From contig CAVUDW010000003.1 in NCBI GenBank assembly GCA_963740355.1, forward strand, positions 608,001 to 672,000: DNA of 64,000 bases, given 5' to 3'. Position numbers and translations under genes: made by a program. This DNA comes from an uncultured Gemmatimonadaceae bacterium (lineage in GTDB: Bacteria; Gemmatimonadota; Gemmatimonadetes; Gemmatimonadales; Gemmatimonadaceae). The stretch's first letter is position 1. Each line of letters starts with the position of its first letter. This document shows positions 28,718 through 38,931 of the stretch, in pieces. Under the pieces are notes generated by a model. The model did no database searches and was not told the DNA's origin. It was given only the letters and a program-made list of their open reading frames with translations.

Positions 28718-30088
28718 TCAGGACCGATCGTCGGCCCACTGCGCGGCGCCAGGGCCGGCAGCGGTGGTGAAAAACATCGCGCGCGTGCCAGCTTCGGGGA
28801 ACCGGCTTCGGTAAGACTCTTCCCACGCGGCGCTGAAGGCCTCCGCGCCCTCCCGCTCCACCAGCGCCCACACGCTGCCGCCAAACCCCGCCCCGAAGGC
28901 CGACGACGCGATTGCACCACCGGCCTTCGCCAACTCCACCAGCGCCATCGTCTCAGGCACCTGGTTGCCCAGCCACGATTCGGCGGCGTGCTGCGAGCGA
29001 GCCGTCACATCGCCAAGCGTCGCCCAGTCGCAGGAGTCGAACGCCTGCGCGGCCGCCGGAATCAACGTGTACGTCTCGAGCAGGAACTGGTCCAGCCGGA
29101 CGCGGAGCGCCGATACATCGAACGTCGGCGTTGCGATCCGTGGCAACATCGCGCGCAGGGTGTCCGCGGCCGCGGCATCGCTCCGCATCGCAGCGGCGAG
29201 CGACAGGTCCTGCCGTTCCATCGTCTCATTCCACGACGCCAGCAGATGCCGGACCATCAGCGACGCGCGATTGTATTTTTCTCGCGCGCCGGCCGACTTC
29301 TCCGCCACCACACCCGACGACGCCACCACGAAACAGTGCGACGCTGGCAACCGGTACGCGCCGAGACGCTGGACCGGCATCCATCCGAAGTCGACGATGT
29401 GTTCCTGTTCCGCGCAGACGATCGCCGTCTGGTCCTGGCTGCCGCCGAGTGTGCCGACGCCGCTGTCTCCGGAAAGACTGCTGAATGACCCGCCGTGCTC
29501 CATCGCACCCAGGTATCCTGCCAGCTGTATCGGCGAGCCGAGCACAGCCCGCCATTCCTCGCTGGCCTCCAGCCCGTTCACGACGGCCAACGCCTTGAAG
29601 ACGCCGATCATCAGCGCGCTCGACGAACTCAGTCCTGCAGCGACCGGCAAGTCGCTGGTGAATGCGAGATCGATACCGGTGCGTGCACCTGGGAAGTTGC
29701 GCGCCACGCGCCGCGCGACCGACGCCACGTAGTTCGACCAATGCCCAGCCGGAGCCGACGCCTCGAGATCGAGGCTCGTCTCGCATTCGTGACCCGTGAC
29801 CGGATCGATCACCCGGATCAACCCATCCGCGCGCGGTGCCGCTCGTACGGTGAAGCCACGCTCTACCGCCGTAAGCAGCGAGCGTCCGCCGGCATAATCG
29901 GTGTGCTTGCCGAACACCTCGATCCGACCAGGCGTCCAGACTGTCACGCGCCCCGCTGTGTCCGCACCACGTGCGTCGAGCGCCGCGTCACACGCGACCA
30001 GCGTACGAGCCTTCGTGAGGGCGTTGTCGTCGCTGAACCCAACGGACACCAGCATCGCCGCAAACGCGTCGACCGATGTTGCCATCAC
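28718..30088 (-). CDS. Galactokinase-family (GHMP) sugar-1-kinase
   Basis: PGRIEVFGKHTDYAGG, DLPVAAGLSSSSA, GSQDQ, FGAGFGGSV. Confidence 0.85.
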   Translation of the reverse strand: MMATSVDAFAAMLVSVGFSDDNALTKARTLVACDAALDARGADTAGRVTVWTPGRIEVFGKHTDYAGGRSLLTAVERGFTVRAAPRADGLIRVIDPVTGHECETSLDLEASAPAGHWSNYVASVARRVARNFPGARTGIDLAFTSDLPVAAGLSSSSALMIGVFKALAVVNGLEASEEWRAVLGSPIQLAGYLGAMEHGGSFSSLSGDSGVGTLGGSQDQTAIVCAEQEHIVDFGWMPVQRLGAYRLPASHCFVVASSGVVAEKSAGAREKYNRASLMVRHLLASWNETMERQDLSLAAAMRSDAAAADTLRAMLPRIATPTFDVSALRVRLDQFLLETYTLIPAAAQAFDSCDWATLGDVTARSQHAAESWLGNQVPETMALVELAKAGGAIASSAFGAGFGGSVWALVEREGAEAFSAAWEESYRSRFPEAGTRAMFFTTAAGPGAAQWADDRS

Positions 30089-30900
30089 AGTGTCACCGGA
30101 CGCTCGCGCAGCACGCGCGCCACACTGTCGATGTCGCCGCGACTGGACAGGTCCAGGACACCATCGTGACTGAGGATCACACGCACACGCTCGCCAAGTT
30201 CTGTGATCGCGATACGCACAGCATCCTGCAGTTCCAGTTCGCCGCGCACACTTGGCTCCGTGCGGCGACAGGCTTCATAGATCACCGGGGAGAATGACCA
30301 GAGGTTCATGCTCACCAGTGAGTGGCCGATCAGTGTGGCATACGTGGCTTCGTCTGGCTTCTCGACGATTCCGCTCAAGCAACCGTCGCCGTCACGCTGC
30401 AGCAGCGCGAACATCCGCACACGCTCCTCCGGAATATTCCCGTTTGCCACCAGCCCGGCGAGGTCGAACCCTACCACACCCGATCCGCCGAGCGCACATA
30501 GTGCTCGGCATGCCGAGGTGGGATAGTAGTTGTCGCCGTTCATCACCAGCACGACATCGCCGTTCGCGAACGACTCGGCCGCGGCCACCGCGCCGGCAGT
30601 GCCATTCGGCGTCTCCTGCACCGCGAAGTGCACACGAATGCGTGACAGCGGCAGCGCGTCGTAATACTCGCGAATCGATTGATGTTCAGGCCCGATCACA
30701 AGGCAGACATCAGTGATTCCGGCGTCCGCCAGGCCACTCATGACGTGATCGAGAAATGGGCGGCCGATCGGGATCATCGCCTTCATGCCCGCATCGGCTG
30801 CGCGCGACTGCGCTTCGTCAAGCGTCGCCGCGGCGTCACCGCGGCGCATGCGGGTGCCGAGTCCGCGCGCGAGGATCACCGCTTTCGTCGTAGCCTTCAT
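30085..30900 (-). CDS. Sugar-1-phosphate nucleotidyltransferase
   Basis: AVILARGLGTRMR, KAMIPIGRPF, QETPNGTA, NGDN, VEKP, RGELEL; GTGA overlap with the kinase. Confidence 0.88.
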   Translation of the reverse strand: MKATTKAVILARGLGTRMRRGDAAATLDEAQSRAADAGMKAMIPIGRPFLDHVMSGLADAGITDVCLVIGPEHQSIREYYDALPLSRIRVHFAVQETPNGTAGAVAAAESFANGDVVLVMNGDNYYPTSACRALCALGGSGVVGFDLAGLVANGNIPEERVRMFALLQRDGDGCLSGIVEKPDEATYATLIGHSLVSMNLWSFSPVIYEACRRTEPSVRGELELQDAVRIAITELGERVRVILSHDGVLDLSSRGDIDSVARVLRERPVTL

Positions 30901-31279
30901 CGAGAGACAGGGCTGGCGACCCATCCACTCGCATCGCAGGACGCGGCGCGGGGAGGCTGATGAACGAAGTCGGAGTGTGTCACGAACGGTCGGGTTCGAG
31001 GACAAGGTGACGATTCCCGGTCCTGGCGAAGTCAGTGCAGCGAATGCTGTGCAGGCAAAGAAACGAGCGGGCTGGTCCGTCGCTACAGGGGGAGGTGACG
31101 CGTGCTTCCGGGCCAGTCGATTCGGCGGTCCAGATGTTTACGTGCCGACCGACTCAGCTGTTTGTCGCGAGCGCGGCTCAGGCCGTGTTGACACAGGGTA
31201 CCCAGACCGCGATGATGGAACGTCAGCCAGCCCGTCCGTGGCATCCGGTGCAGCGTTTTGTCTTCCTGGGTTCAGGTTC

Positions 31280-33556
31280 GTGACCAGCATCCTCAGCCCA
31301 CAGCACGCTCACATCACGTCGGACGTCAGCGTGCCGCCGGGACCGCGTGACGCCCCCGGACGGCCACAGGCGTGGTTGTTCTTCGCCGTCTACGCCGCCG
31401 GGTTCGTCCTCTGGACATTGCTCACGGGCGCCTCGACATCGCCACACGGCAAGGTGTCGGCACTGCTGGCGTCACTCGGATTTCTGCCGCTCAATCTCGG
31501 CGCCGTGTATTGGTTGCTTCGTGCGGCCGACGGCTCATCGGTCGGTGCCTCGGAGCGCAAGGCGCTGCAACTGCTGGCCGGCATGTATTTCTGCACGGCG
31601 ATCGGCAATACGATGTGGTCCGTCGATGAGGTGATTCGCGGCGTCGACCCGCGATACTCCTGGGCCAATCTCTTTTACATTGGCTCGTACGCGCTGGGGA
31701 TCGCGGGGCTCTCCCAGATCCCGGTGGCGCCGCGAGTGCCAATGGAGCGCCGCCGCTTCCTTCTCGATGCGGCGTGTGTAGTGCTGTCGATGGCGGCACT
31801 GATCTGGACGTTCGTCGTCTCGTCGATCAACTGGCAGGCCCTCAATTCGCTGCACCTGCTGATCGAACTGGTGTACCCCATCGGTTCGATCATCACACTG
31901 GCGCTCCTCTGCCGCCTCATCATGCGTCAGGGACCGAATGCCCTGCGCACCGACATTCTCTGGCTCGCACTCGGTTTGTTCATCCAGTGCACGATGGACC
32001 TGGTGTTCGAGCTCGACTACCGCCAGGAGCTGACGCGCCTCACGACGTGGGCCGCGTTGATCTGCGCCGCCATGTATGTGGTGATCATCTACGGCGCCCA
32101 GTTGCTCCTGTCGCGCAAGACCAGTGCTGACGAGCCGCGCACGTTCGCCGTGCTGCATCCGATGAACCTGCTGCCGACGATCGCCGCGATCAGCGTCTAC
32201 GTCGTTCTGCTCTGGGTCATTCAGTCGAACCAGCGCGAGGCGTTGGGGATCCTGATCGCCACCTGCATCGCACTGAACGTCTTGTTCTTCCTCAAGCAGA
32301 CGCTGGCTGCGGAAGAGAATGCCGTGCTGCAGGCCGCACGGGCCGATGCCGAGAGTCGCGCGCGGTACGAGACGCTGGCCCGCGAGGGGCAGCGACTCGA
32401 ATCCGTGGGCCGACTGGCGGGCGGCATCGCGCACGACTTCAACAACCTGCTCACGACGGTGCTGGCGAACAGCGATTTCGCGCTCACGCGGCTGCGGCCA
32501 GGCGACGCGGCGCACGATGAAGTGACGGACATCCGGAGCGCGGCGATGCGTGGCGCAGAGTTGATTCGCCAGCTGCTCGCGTTCAGCCGGAAGTCGGTCA
32601 TCGCGCCAGTCCGCCTCCAGCCCGACCTGGTGCTGCGTGAAATGGAGCGGCTCCTGCAACGCCTGGCCGGCGATCGATGCGCGCTGCTGCTCGAACTTCC
32701 GGCTGACCTCGGCCAGGTCCAGGCAGATCGAGGTCAGCTCGAGCAGGTGCTGGCCAACCTCGTGTCGAATGCGCGCGATTCGATGGCCGATGGTGGTGGC
32801 ATCGTGATCAGCGGCCGCAACGTGACGCTCTCTGGTGCACTGGCCGCTGAACTGGCGCTGCCCGCCGGCGAGTACGTGTCGCTGTCGGTGCAGGACAGCG
32901 GAGTGGGAATTTCCAGCGAGGTTCGCACCCATATCTTCGAACCGTTTTTCTCGACCAAGGCACGCGGCAAGGGCACCGGGCTTGGTCTCGCCAGCACCTA
33001 TGGCATCATGCGGCAGAGCAACGGCGGAATCGGTGTGGAGAGTGTGGTGGGACGCGGCTCGGTCTTCACCCTGTACCTTCCGCGCGTGTACGCCGCGCCA
33101 ACGGCTGCAGTGAGCACAGTGGTAGCGGCGCCGGAGGATGTGCAGAGCGGCCGCGGCGAGACGGTGTTGCTGGTCGAGGACGACGCCGCGGTGCGACAGG
33201 TGACGCGCCGGATGCTGGCCTCCGAGGGGTATCACGTGCTGACTGCGGCCGACGCCGTGGCTGCGCACGCGATCTTCAACCAGCATGGCGAGGACATCGC
33301 GCTGATGATCACGGACGTGATGATGCCTGGCGACAGCGGCTTCACGCTCGCGACTTCGGTGCGCGAGCGGTGGCCGTCACTGGCCGTGATCTACATCTCC
33401 GGATACTCGGACACCGAGTTGCCGAATGACGAGCGCGTGAAGATCGGCGATGACTTCCTGCACAAACCGTTCACGGGTGCGCAGTTGATGGCGCGGATCG
33501 AGGCGCATCTGTCGACGCGGCGTCCGTCGTCTCCCCGCGCCGTCCGTAGCCGGTAG
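31280..33556 (+). CDS. Membrane-bound hybrid sensor histidine kinase/response regulator
   Basis: Multiple N-terminal TM helices; [38 protein letters not shown]; receiver domain VEDD..TDVMMP..KPF; GTG start at 31280 probable. Confidence 0.92.
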   Translation: MTSILSPQHAHITSDVSVPPGPRDAPGRPQAWLFFAVYAAGFVLWTLLTGASTSPHGKVSALLASLGFLPLNLGAVYWLLRAADGSSVGASERKALQLLAGMYFCTAIGNTMWSVDEVIRGVDPRYSWANLFYIGSYALGIAGLSQIPVAPRVPMERRRFLLDAACVVLSMAALIWTFVVSSINWQALNSLHLLIELVYPIGSIITLALLCRLIMRQGPNALRTDILWLALGLFIQCTMDLVFELDYRQELTRLTTWAALICAAMYVVIIYGAQLLLSRKTSADEPRTFAVLHPMNLLPTIAAISVYVVLLWVIQSNQREALGILIATCIALNVLFFLKQTLAAEENAVLQAARADAESRARYETLAREGQRLESVGRLAGGIAHDFNNLLTTVLANSDFALTRLRPGDAAHDEVTDIRSAAMRGAELIRQLLAFSRKSVIAPVRLQPDLVLREMERLLQRLAGDRCALLLELPADLGQVQADRGQLEQVLANLVSNARDSMADGGGIVISGRNVTLSGALAAELALPAGEYVSLSVQDSGVGISSEVRTHIFEPFFSTKARGKGTGLGLASTYGIMRQSNGGIGVESVVGRGSVFTLYLPRVYAAPTAAVSTVVAAPEDVQSGRGETVLLVEDDAAVRQVTRRMLASEGYHVLTAADAVAAHAIFNQHGEDIALMITDVMMPGDSGFTLATSVRERWPSLAVIYISGYSDTELPNDERVKIGDDFLHKPFTGAQLMARIEAHLSTRRPSSPRAVRSR

Positions 33557-34958
33557 TCACAGCCAGCAGCACGGCACCGACCAGTGCCCACGCGTAGGTG
33601 TTGTGAAGGCCGATCGCGAATGGTGTCTGCGGCGGCATGCCGAACTGCCCTGCCCCGACGCTGGCGCTGGCGGCTAGAATCGTCGGCAGGAACCACGGGA
33701 GCAGGAACGGCCAGGTGCACACCGTGAGGTCGAGCAGGTTTGCGCGACGATACCGCGAGAGTGCAAATCGTTCGCCGGTCTGCTTCGCAAATGGCCCAAC
33801 GGCGAGAATCGCGACCACGCTGTGCGTGGTGATCAGTACCGCGCCACTGACCACGCCCACGATCCACCACTCCGCCATCCGCGCGCTGCGTGCCCGTCCC
33901 TCGGCCGATTCCACCAGGCGTTCCAGTGCATCGGTGGCCTGCAACGTGCCCACCAATGCCACCAGCAGCAGGGTAAAGACACTGACGCCGATGGCGCGCT
34001 GCATGCCATCGACGACCAGCCCGGTGGCGCCAAAGGTGCCAGGAACGACGTGCAGCAAGGCGCCTGGCGCGATCAGCCCAGTGCCGACGGCGAGCACCGC
34101 TGCCACGCCCGATCCGATCAGCAGCGCCTCGATCAGGTGACGGCCACGCAACAGCATCCCGATCACCAGCGCCGGTGCCACCAGCATGACGATTGCCACC
34201 GGCTTCACTTCGCCAGTACTCGCGATCGTGGCCACCAGTGCGTCACTTCTTCCGCCCATGACCGCCGACGCAACCACGGCGATCAGTCCTGCGGGTAACG
34301 CGTAACGCAGCCGACTCCGCACGGTGCCACCGATATCCGCATCCTGCGTCCCACTCGACGCGATGGTGGTATCGGAGACGGGTGAAATCGAGTCGCCGAA
34401 CGTTGCACCAGCGAGGATCGCGCCCATGAGTACTGCGGGCGCCGCGCCGGCTGGCCCACCCGCCGGATACAGGAGCGGGCCAGCAAGCAGGATTGTGCCA
34501 AAGCTGGTGCCGGTCGCGGTGGACACGAGTGCACAGACGAGGAACGCCGCAGCCACGAAGGCGCCGCCGGTGAGATGGGCCGAACGTGCCAACCATGCCA
34601 GCGCGCCGATGAATCCAGAGGCCGACAGAATCGCGCCCAGCACACCGGCAAAGAGCCAGGCGCAGAGCATCACCATCACGACGCGCTGGCTCATGCCGTC
34701 CAGCATCGCCTCCGAGTATCGCGTCCGGTCCTTCGACAGCAGCAGGCCGACGATGAGCGCCAGCAACAGGATCGGCCAGAACCCCTTCTCGTCCGGCGCG
34801 CCGCGCACCGCCAGGATCGCCACGCCGCCCAGAAAGACCGCGAAGGGCGTGAGGGCACCAGCGAGGCCTCCATGGAACTGCAGCGTCTGTGCGGGGGCGA
34901 CGGACGGCGTGAGGGCCACTGTCGGTGCGGTCTGCGAGCGCTCTGGTGTGGTCGGCAT
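33471..34958 (-). CDS. NhaC family Na+/H+ antiporter / amino-acid transporter
   Basis: STATGTSFGT, GAILAGATFGDSISPVSDTTIASS; polytopic. Confidence 0.88.
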   Translation of the reverse strand: MPTTPERSQTAPTVALTPSVAPAQTLQFHGGLAGALTPFAVFLGGVAILAVRGAPDEKGFWPILLLALIVGLLLSKDRTRYSEAMLDGMSQRVVMVMLCAWLFAGVLGAILSASGFIGALAWLARSAHLTGGAFVAAAFLVCALVSTATGTSFGTILLAGPLLYPAGGPAGAAPAVLMGAILAGATFGDSISPVSDTTIASSGTQDADIGGTVRSRLRYALPAGLIAVVASAVMGGRSDALVATIASTGEVKPVAIVMLVAPALVIGMLLRGRHLIEALLIGSGVAAVLAVGTGLIAPGALLHVVPGTFGATGLVVDGMQRAIGVSVFTLLLVALVGTLQATDALERLVESAEGRARSARMAEWWIVGVVSGAVLITTHSVVAILAVGPFAKQTGERFALSRYRRANLLDLTVCTWPFLLPWFLPTILAASASVGAGQFGMPPQTPFAIGLHNTYAWALVGAVLLAVTTGYGRRGETTDAASTDAPRSAPSTAHP

Positions 34959-34996
34959 GTGGACGGAGAAACTCGCCGTCGGCTATCGTTCGCGCC

Positions 34997-35383
34997 ATGC
35001 CAGACTCTCCTGACCTTCCCCGCGGCTCGACACCCGCCGACGATTCCTTCACGCTCTACGACCTCCGCGTGGATGTGATCGCGACCGATCGGCCGATGGT
35101 CTGCAATCATCCGGCAGGCAGTTGGTTCGAGCTGGTGGGTGAGAACCTGCGCTTTCCCGACGGGCAGACCTTCCCGCTCTATCCACTGGCCGCCCTGCTG
35201 CCGCTGCTGCCAGCCAAGCAGCGGCCCACGCATCGCAATGACTGGATGACCACCGACGCCGAGATCGCCTGCCCTGATCCGTATTGCGGCGGGCGGTTCC
35301 GCATCACGCGCACCGGGACGACCACGTTCCGGCATGCCGACGTCACGCTTGTGCCTCTTCCCGCCGCCGATCCCCGGACCTGA
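34997..35383 (+). CDS. TIGR04076 family protein
   Basis: FTLYDLRV, MVCNH..G.WFEL.GENL, LLPAKQR, DWMTTD..IACPDPYCGGRFRI. Confidence 0.8.
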   Translation: MPDSPDLPRGSTPADDSFTLYDLRVDVIATDRPMVCNHPAGSWFELVGENLRFPDGQTFPLYPLAALLPLLPAKQRPTHRNDWMTTDAEIACPDPYCGGRFRITRTGTTTFRHADVTLVPLPAADPRT

Positions 35384-36441
35384 TGTCGACACGCAACGCA
35401 TTGCCGCAAGTTTCGCTCGCCGCGGGCTACACGATCCCGCGCCTGATCAAGGGCGGGTGGCAGCTCGCGGGAGGGCACGGCACCGTTGACGACGCCGCCG
35501 CGATCGCCGACATGGTGGCATTCGCCGACGCCGGAATCACCGCCTTCGATTGCGCCGACATCTATACCGGCGTCGAGGAGTTGATTGGCCGCTTCCTGAT
35601 CGAGTGGCGGAAGATTCGCGGCAGTGACGCGCCGCGCATTCGCGTGCATACGAAGTGTGTGCCCGATCTGTCCGCGTTGCCGACGCTCAATCGCCGCGAC
35701 GTCGCGAAACTCATCGATCGATCGTTGCAGCGATTGGGTGTCGAGCGACTGGACCTGGTGCAGTTCCACTGGTGGGACTACGCCATCCCCGGTGTGGTGG
35801 ACGCCGCGCTGCACCTGCGTGACCTGCAGCAGGATGGCAAGATCGACCTCATCGGCGTCACCAATTTCGACACGACGCACCTGCTCTCGATGCTCGACGC
35901 TGGTGTGCCTGTCGCCAGCCACCAGGTGCAGGTGTCGCTGCTCGATGGCCGCGCCTTGCGCGACATGGCCGCGCTCTGCGCCTCGCGTGGCGTGAAGCTG
36001 CTGGCCTACGGCGCACTGGCGGGTGGCTTCATGCACGAACGCTGGCTCGGCGCACCGGAACCGGTCGAGCCACTCGAGAATCGGTCGCTGGTGAAGTACA
36101 AGCTGATCATCGACGACTTCGGTGGCTGGCCGCTCTTTCAGCGCCTGCTGGCACTGCTGCAGCGCATCGCGACCACCCACAACACCACCATCGGCGCCGT
36201 CGCGCTGCACTACGTCCTCGACCAACACGCCGTCGCGGCGGCAATCGTCGGAGCGCGTCACGCCGGCCACCTCGCCAACACCATCGCCGCCACCACCATC
36301 AGCCTCACCGCCGACGATGACGCCGAGCTGCAGGAGCTCCTCGCGACCGCCACGGGCCCACTCGGCGACGTCTACGCACTCGAGCGCGACAAGTCCGGCC
36401 GGCACGGCTCCATCATGCGCTACAACCTCAACACGACCTGA
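35383..36441 (+). CDS. Aldo/keto reductase
   Basis: GGWQLAGGHG, FDCADIY, HTK, DLVQFHWW, IGVTNF; TGATG coupling to the TIGR04076 gene. Confidence 0.9.
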   Translation: MSTRNALPQVSLAAGYTIPRLIKGGWQLAGGHGTVDDAAAIADMVAFADAGITAFDCADIYTGVEELIGRFLIEWRKIRGSDAPRIRVHTKCVPDLSALPTLNRRDVAKLIDRSLQRLGVERLDLVQFHWWDYAIPGVVDAALHLRDLQQDGKIDLIGVTNFDTTHLLSMLDAGVPVASHQVQVSLLDGRALRDMAALCASRGVKLLAYGALAGGFMHERWLGAPEPVEPLENRSLVKYKLIIDDFGGWPLFQRLLALLQRIATTHNTTIGAVALHYVLDQHAVAAAIVGARHAGHLANTIAATTISLTADDDAELQELLATATGPLGDVYALERDKSGRHGSIMRYNLNTT

Positions 36442-36454
36442 CTGCACGTGTACG

Positions 36455-36600
36455 GCACAGCAACTGCAACTGCATAACGCAGAAGTGAACAGCCGCAGAA
36501 CTGCACCTGCTGCTGAACTGCCTTGACGCAAAACGGCTTGGGGGTACGGCAACAGCCGCAACACTGCAACGGCCGCAAAACTGCCACAGCAGTGCAATAA
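36455..36600. repeat. Intergenic element E: partial relative of element C
   Basis: TAACGCAGAAGTGAACAGCCGCAGAAC (about 36475-36501) is the near reverse complement of 23644-23670; 36517-36581 resembles 23397-23462. Confidence 0.75.
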
Positions 36601-36606
36601 GGAACG

Positions 36607-38046
36607 CTAAGGAACCAATGCCCGCGGTGCCTGAGAGGGGATGAGGTAGAACGACTCCTGACGCGGACGGAAGAAGCGGAAGCCTTCTGGGGTGAGGTAC
36701 GCATCGTCTTCCATCATCACGAACACCTTCTTGCCGCCCCACTCGGCGACGGGCGTGCCGGTGTTCAGCTCGATCGAGATGTACGAACCGAGGCGCAGGC
36801 GGCTGTTGAGGGCCGTCGTGTCGCTGCGGTTGGCGGCGCGGAAGTCGATGCCGGCGCCGAGGCCGTGGCCCTGCGTGCCGATCGGGTGCGAGTAGACCAT
36901 CGCCTCGATGCCCTTCTCCTTCATCTCGGCCATCGTCGCGCGGAACACACCGCCGCCGGTGAGGCCGGGGCGCGAGTGACGGAGCATCAGTGCATCCTGC
37001 AGCGTGTTCGTGTTCTGCAACGCCTGCTTCAAGCCCGGCGGGGCGTCGGTCTCGCCCGGGCGGAGGATGTAGGCCATCTTCTGCCAATCGGTATCGAAGC
37101 CCATGTAGCTTATGCCGAAGTCGATGTGAACCAGGTCGCCTGGCTCGATCACCGTCGCTTCCGGTGCTACCGCCAGAAATCCGCGTGAGGTGGCGATTTC
37201 ACCGCCCGCGCGCTGCACGCGCAGGTCGGGCTGAAACCAGGTGCGCACACCGGCTGACCAGAGCGAGTTGTACAGCTCACGACGGACATCACCCACCGTC
37301 GTCCGGCCTGGCGTGATCACGGCCGGCGACAAGGCGCGCTTGACGATGCCCTCGGTGACGGCGACCGCCGTGCGGTAGTGCTCCATCTCATCCGGCAATC
37401 GAGTGTCGAGATACTCCTCCACCAGGTCGGACGCGCTGACGAACTTTGCCGTGCCTTCCGCGCCCACCGCGTCGGCGATGAACTGATACGCATCGTAGCC
37501 CAGCGAACGAGTCTGCCCGCGACGGCCGTTGATGCCGAGTCCGATCGTCTTCGGCTTCCACTGCTCGTAGAGCGCCCGCAGGGTCGGTCCCGCCGGTCGC
37601 GGCTCGGTGGTCGGTGCATCGAAGAACCGCGCCAGGTTCTCCTCGGTGTAGCCGGTGATCGCGTACTTCTTCAACCCCTGCTCACCGCCGTCGATGAAGA
37701 CGAAGATGTCGCGATTGCCTGTGTATGGTCGTGGTGGGGCGACGTACTGCGAGAGCGGGTCGTCGTGGAATTCCTCGTTCACAACCAGCCACATCCCGAT
37801 GTTGTGGCGGCGCATCATCGGCAGCAGCATCGCGTGACGCTGCACCAGCCACTTCTCGCGGATCGTGATCTGGTCCGCCCATGGCAATAGCGGCGACGGC
37901 GTCCCCATGATCACGCTGCCCGTGCCAGGAACAGCCGGCGTCGGAGTGGGGGCGGTCGAGGGCGCCGCCGTGCCACCAGCGCAGGCGCCGAGGGCAAGGA
38001 GCACGGCGAAGGTGCCGACGCGGCGAGGGGTGGCGTACGAATTCAT
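36607..38046 (-). CDS. M24 family Xaa-Pro aminopeptidase-like lipoprotein
   Basis: LALGAC lipobox; HIDFGI..TDWQK, YSHPIG.QGHG, SIE, MEDD metal ligands. Confidence 0.88.
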   Translation of the reverse strand: MNSYATPRRVGTFAVLLALGACAGGTAAPSTAPTPTPAVPGTGSVIMGTPSPLLPWADQITIREKWLVQRHAMLLPMMRRHNIGMWLVVNEEFHDDPLSQYVAPPRPYTGNRDIFVFIDGGEQGLKKYAITGYTEENLARFFDAPTTEPRPAGPTLRALYEQWKPKTIGLGINGRRGQTRSLGYDAYQFIADAVGAEGTAKFVSASDLVEEYLDTRLPDEMEHYRTAVAVTEGIVKRALSPAVITPGRTTVGDVRRELYNSLWSAGVRTWFQPDLRVQRAGGEIATSRGFLAVAPEATVIEPGDLVHIDFGISYMGFDTDWQKMAYILRPGETDAPPGLKQALQNTNTLQDALMLRHSRPGLTGGGVFRATMAEMKEKGIEAMVYSHPIGTQGHGLGAGIDFRAANRSDTTALNSRLRLGSYISIELNTGTPVAEWGGKKVFVMMEDDAYLTPEGFRFFRPRQESFYLIPSQAPRALVP

Positions 38047-38111
38047 TCGGATGGGGCTTGGGGGTCGCAGGACTACGGAAACTACCCAACGGCCGTTGGC
38101 GGCCGCGCCTC

Positions 38112-38148
38112 GGCACCGCATGGCACCGCATGGCATGGCATGGCATGG
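38112..38148. repeat. GGCAT/GGCAC pentamer simple repeat
   Basis: GGCACCGCAT GGCACCGCAT GGCATGGCATGGCATGG. Confidence 0.7.
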
Positions 38149-38215
38149 CGCTGTCACGTCGACGCGCGCCCTGTCCAATTGACCGAACCGCGCTGCCACG
38201 ATGACCGAGGCCCAC

Positions 38216-38231
38216 TGGTATGCCGGTTGCT
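38216..38231 (+). promoter_or_regulatory. Putative sigma-54 promoter of hsp20
   Basis: TGGTATG-CCGG-TTGCT matches TGGYAYR-N4-TTGCW (GG-N10-GC), about 120 nt upstream of the ATG. Confidence 0.6.
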
Positions 38232-38348
38232 CCCTGTCATGGCACGCGACCGGCGGTGCCGGACGCCCCCGACGGCCACGGTATTTCGTGGCGATGGGCC
38301 GCAGGATTTCCAGTCAATTCCCACACTCAAATCACGGAGAGTCCCAAG

Positions 38349-38831
38349 ATGTTTTCCTCGAATCTCAACTCGGTTCTCGACCGCCTGATGACGGTGAGCC
38401 AGGCCATGGACGAGGCGGCGCTGCGTGCGCCGAACGGCACCATTGAAGGCCGCCCCCGCGCGCAGCTCTGGCTGCCGCCGGTGGACATCTACGAGACGGA
38501 ATCCGCGTTCGTGGTCGAGGCCGACCTGCCCGGGGTGCACCAGGAGAACGTGGACATCCAGTTCGACCGCAACACGCTGACCATCAGCGGGACCCGCGCC
38601 GCCACCCTGCCGAGCAAGGAGAAGGCGGCCCAGCTGCGCGTCTTCAGCGCGGAGCGCCTCAGCGGCGGCTTCTCGCGCTCCATCCGCCTGCCGGAGCACG
38701 TCGATAGCGAAAAAATCGCGGCGACCTTCACCGATGGGGTGCTGCAGGTGACGGTGCCGAAGCTGAGCCAGGCCGTGCCGCGGAAAATCGCGATCAGCAC
38801 GCACGTCGAGGGGAAGGCGCTGAATCGCTGA
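38349..38831 (+). CDS. Hsp20/alpha-crystallin small heat-shock protein
   Basis: WLPPVDIYET, ADLPGV, ER..G.FSRSIRLP, ATFTDGVL.VTVPK; GGAG RBS. Confidence 0.93.
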   Translation: MFSSNLNSVLDRLMTVSQAMDEAALRAPNGTIEGRPRAQLWLPPVDIYETESAFVVEADLPGVHQENVDIQFDRNTLTISGTRAATLPSKEKAAQLRVFSAERLSGGFSRSIRLPEHVDSEKIAATFTDGVLQVTVPKLSQAVPRKIAISTHVEGKALNR

Positions 38832-38856
38832 TCAGGCCTTCGCGTGACTGAAGAAA

Positions 38857-38895
38857 ACGTGCGCCGTTCCTTTGGGGGCGGCGCACGTCGTTTTT
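38857..38895 (+). terminator. Rho-independent terminator of hsp20
   Basis: ACGTGCGCCGTTCC-TTTG-GGGGCGGCGCACGT followed by CGTTTTT. Confidence 0.75.
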
Positions 38896-38931
38896 GCGAT
38901 TCGGCTGCAGGCCCGACCGGCGGGCCGAGCG

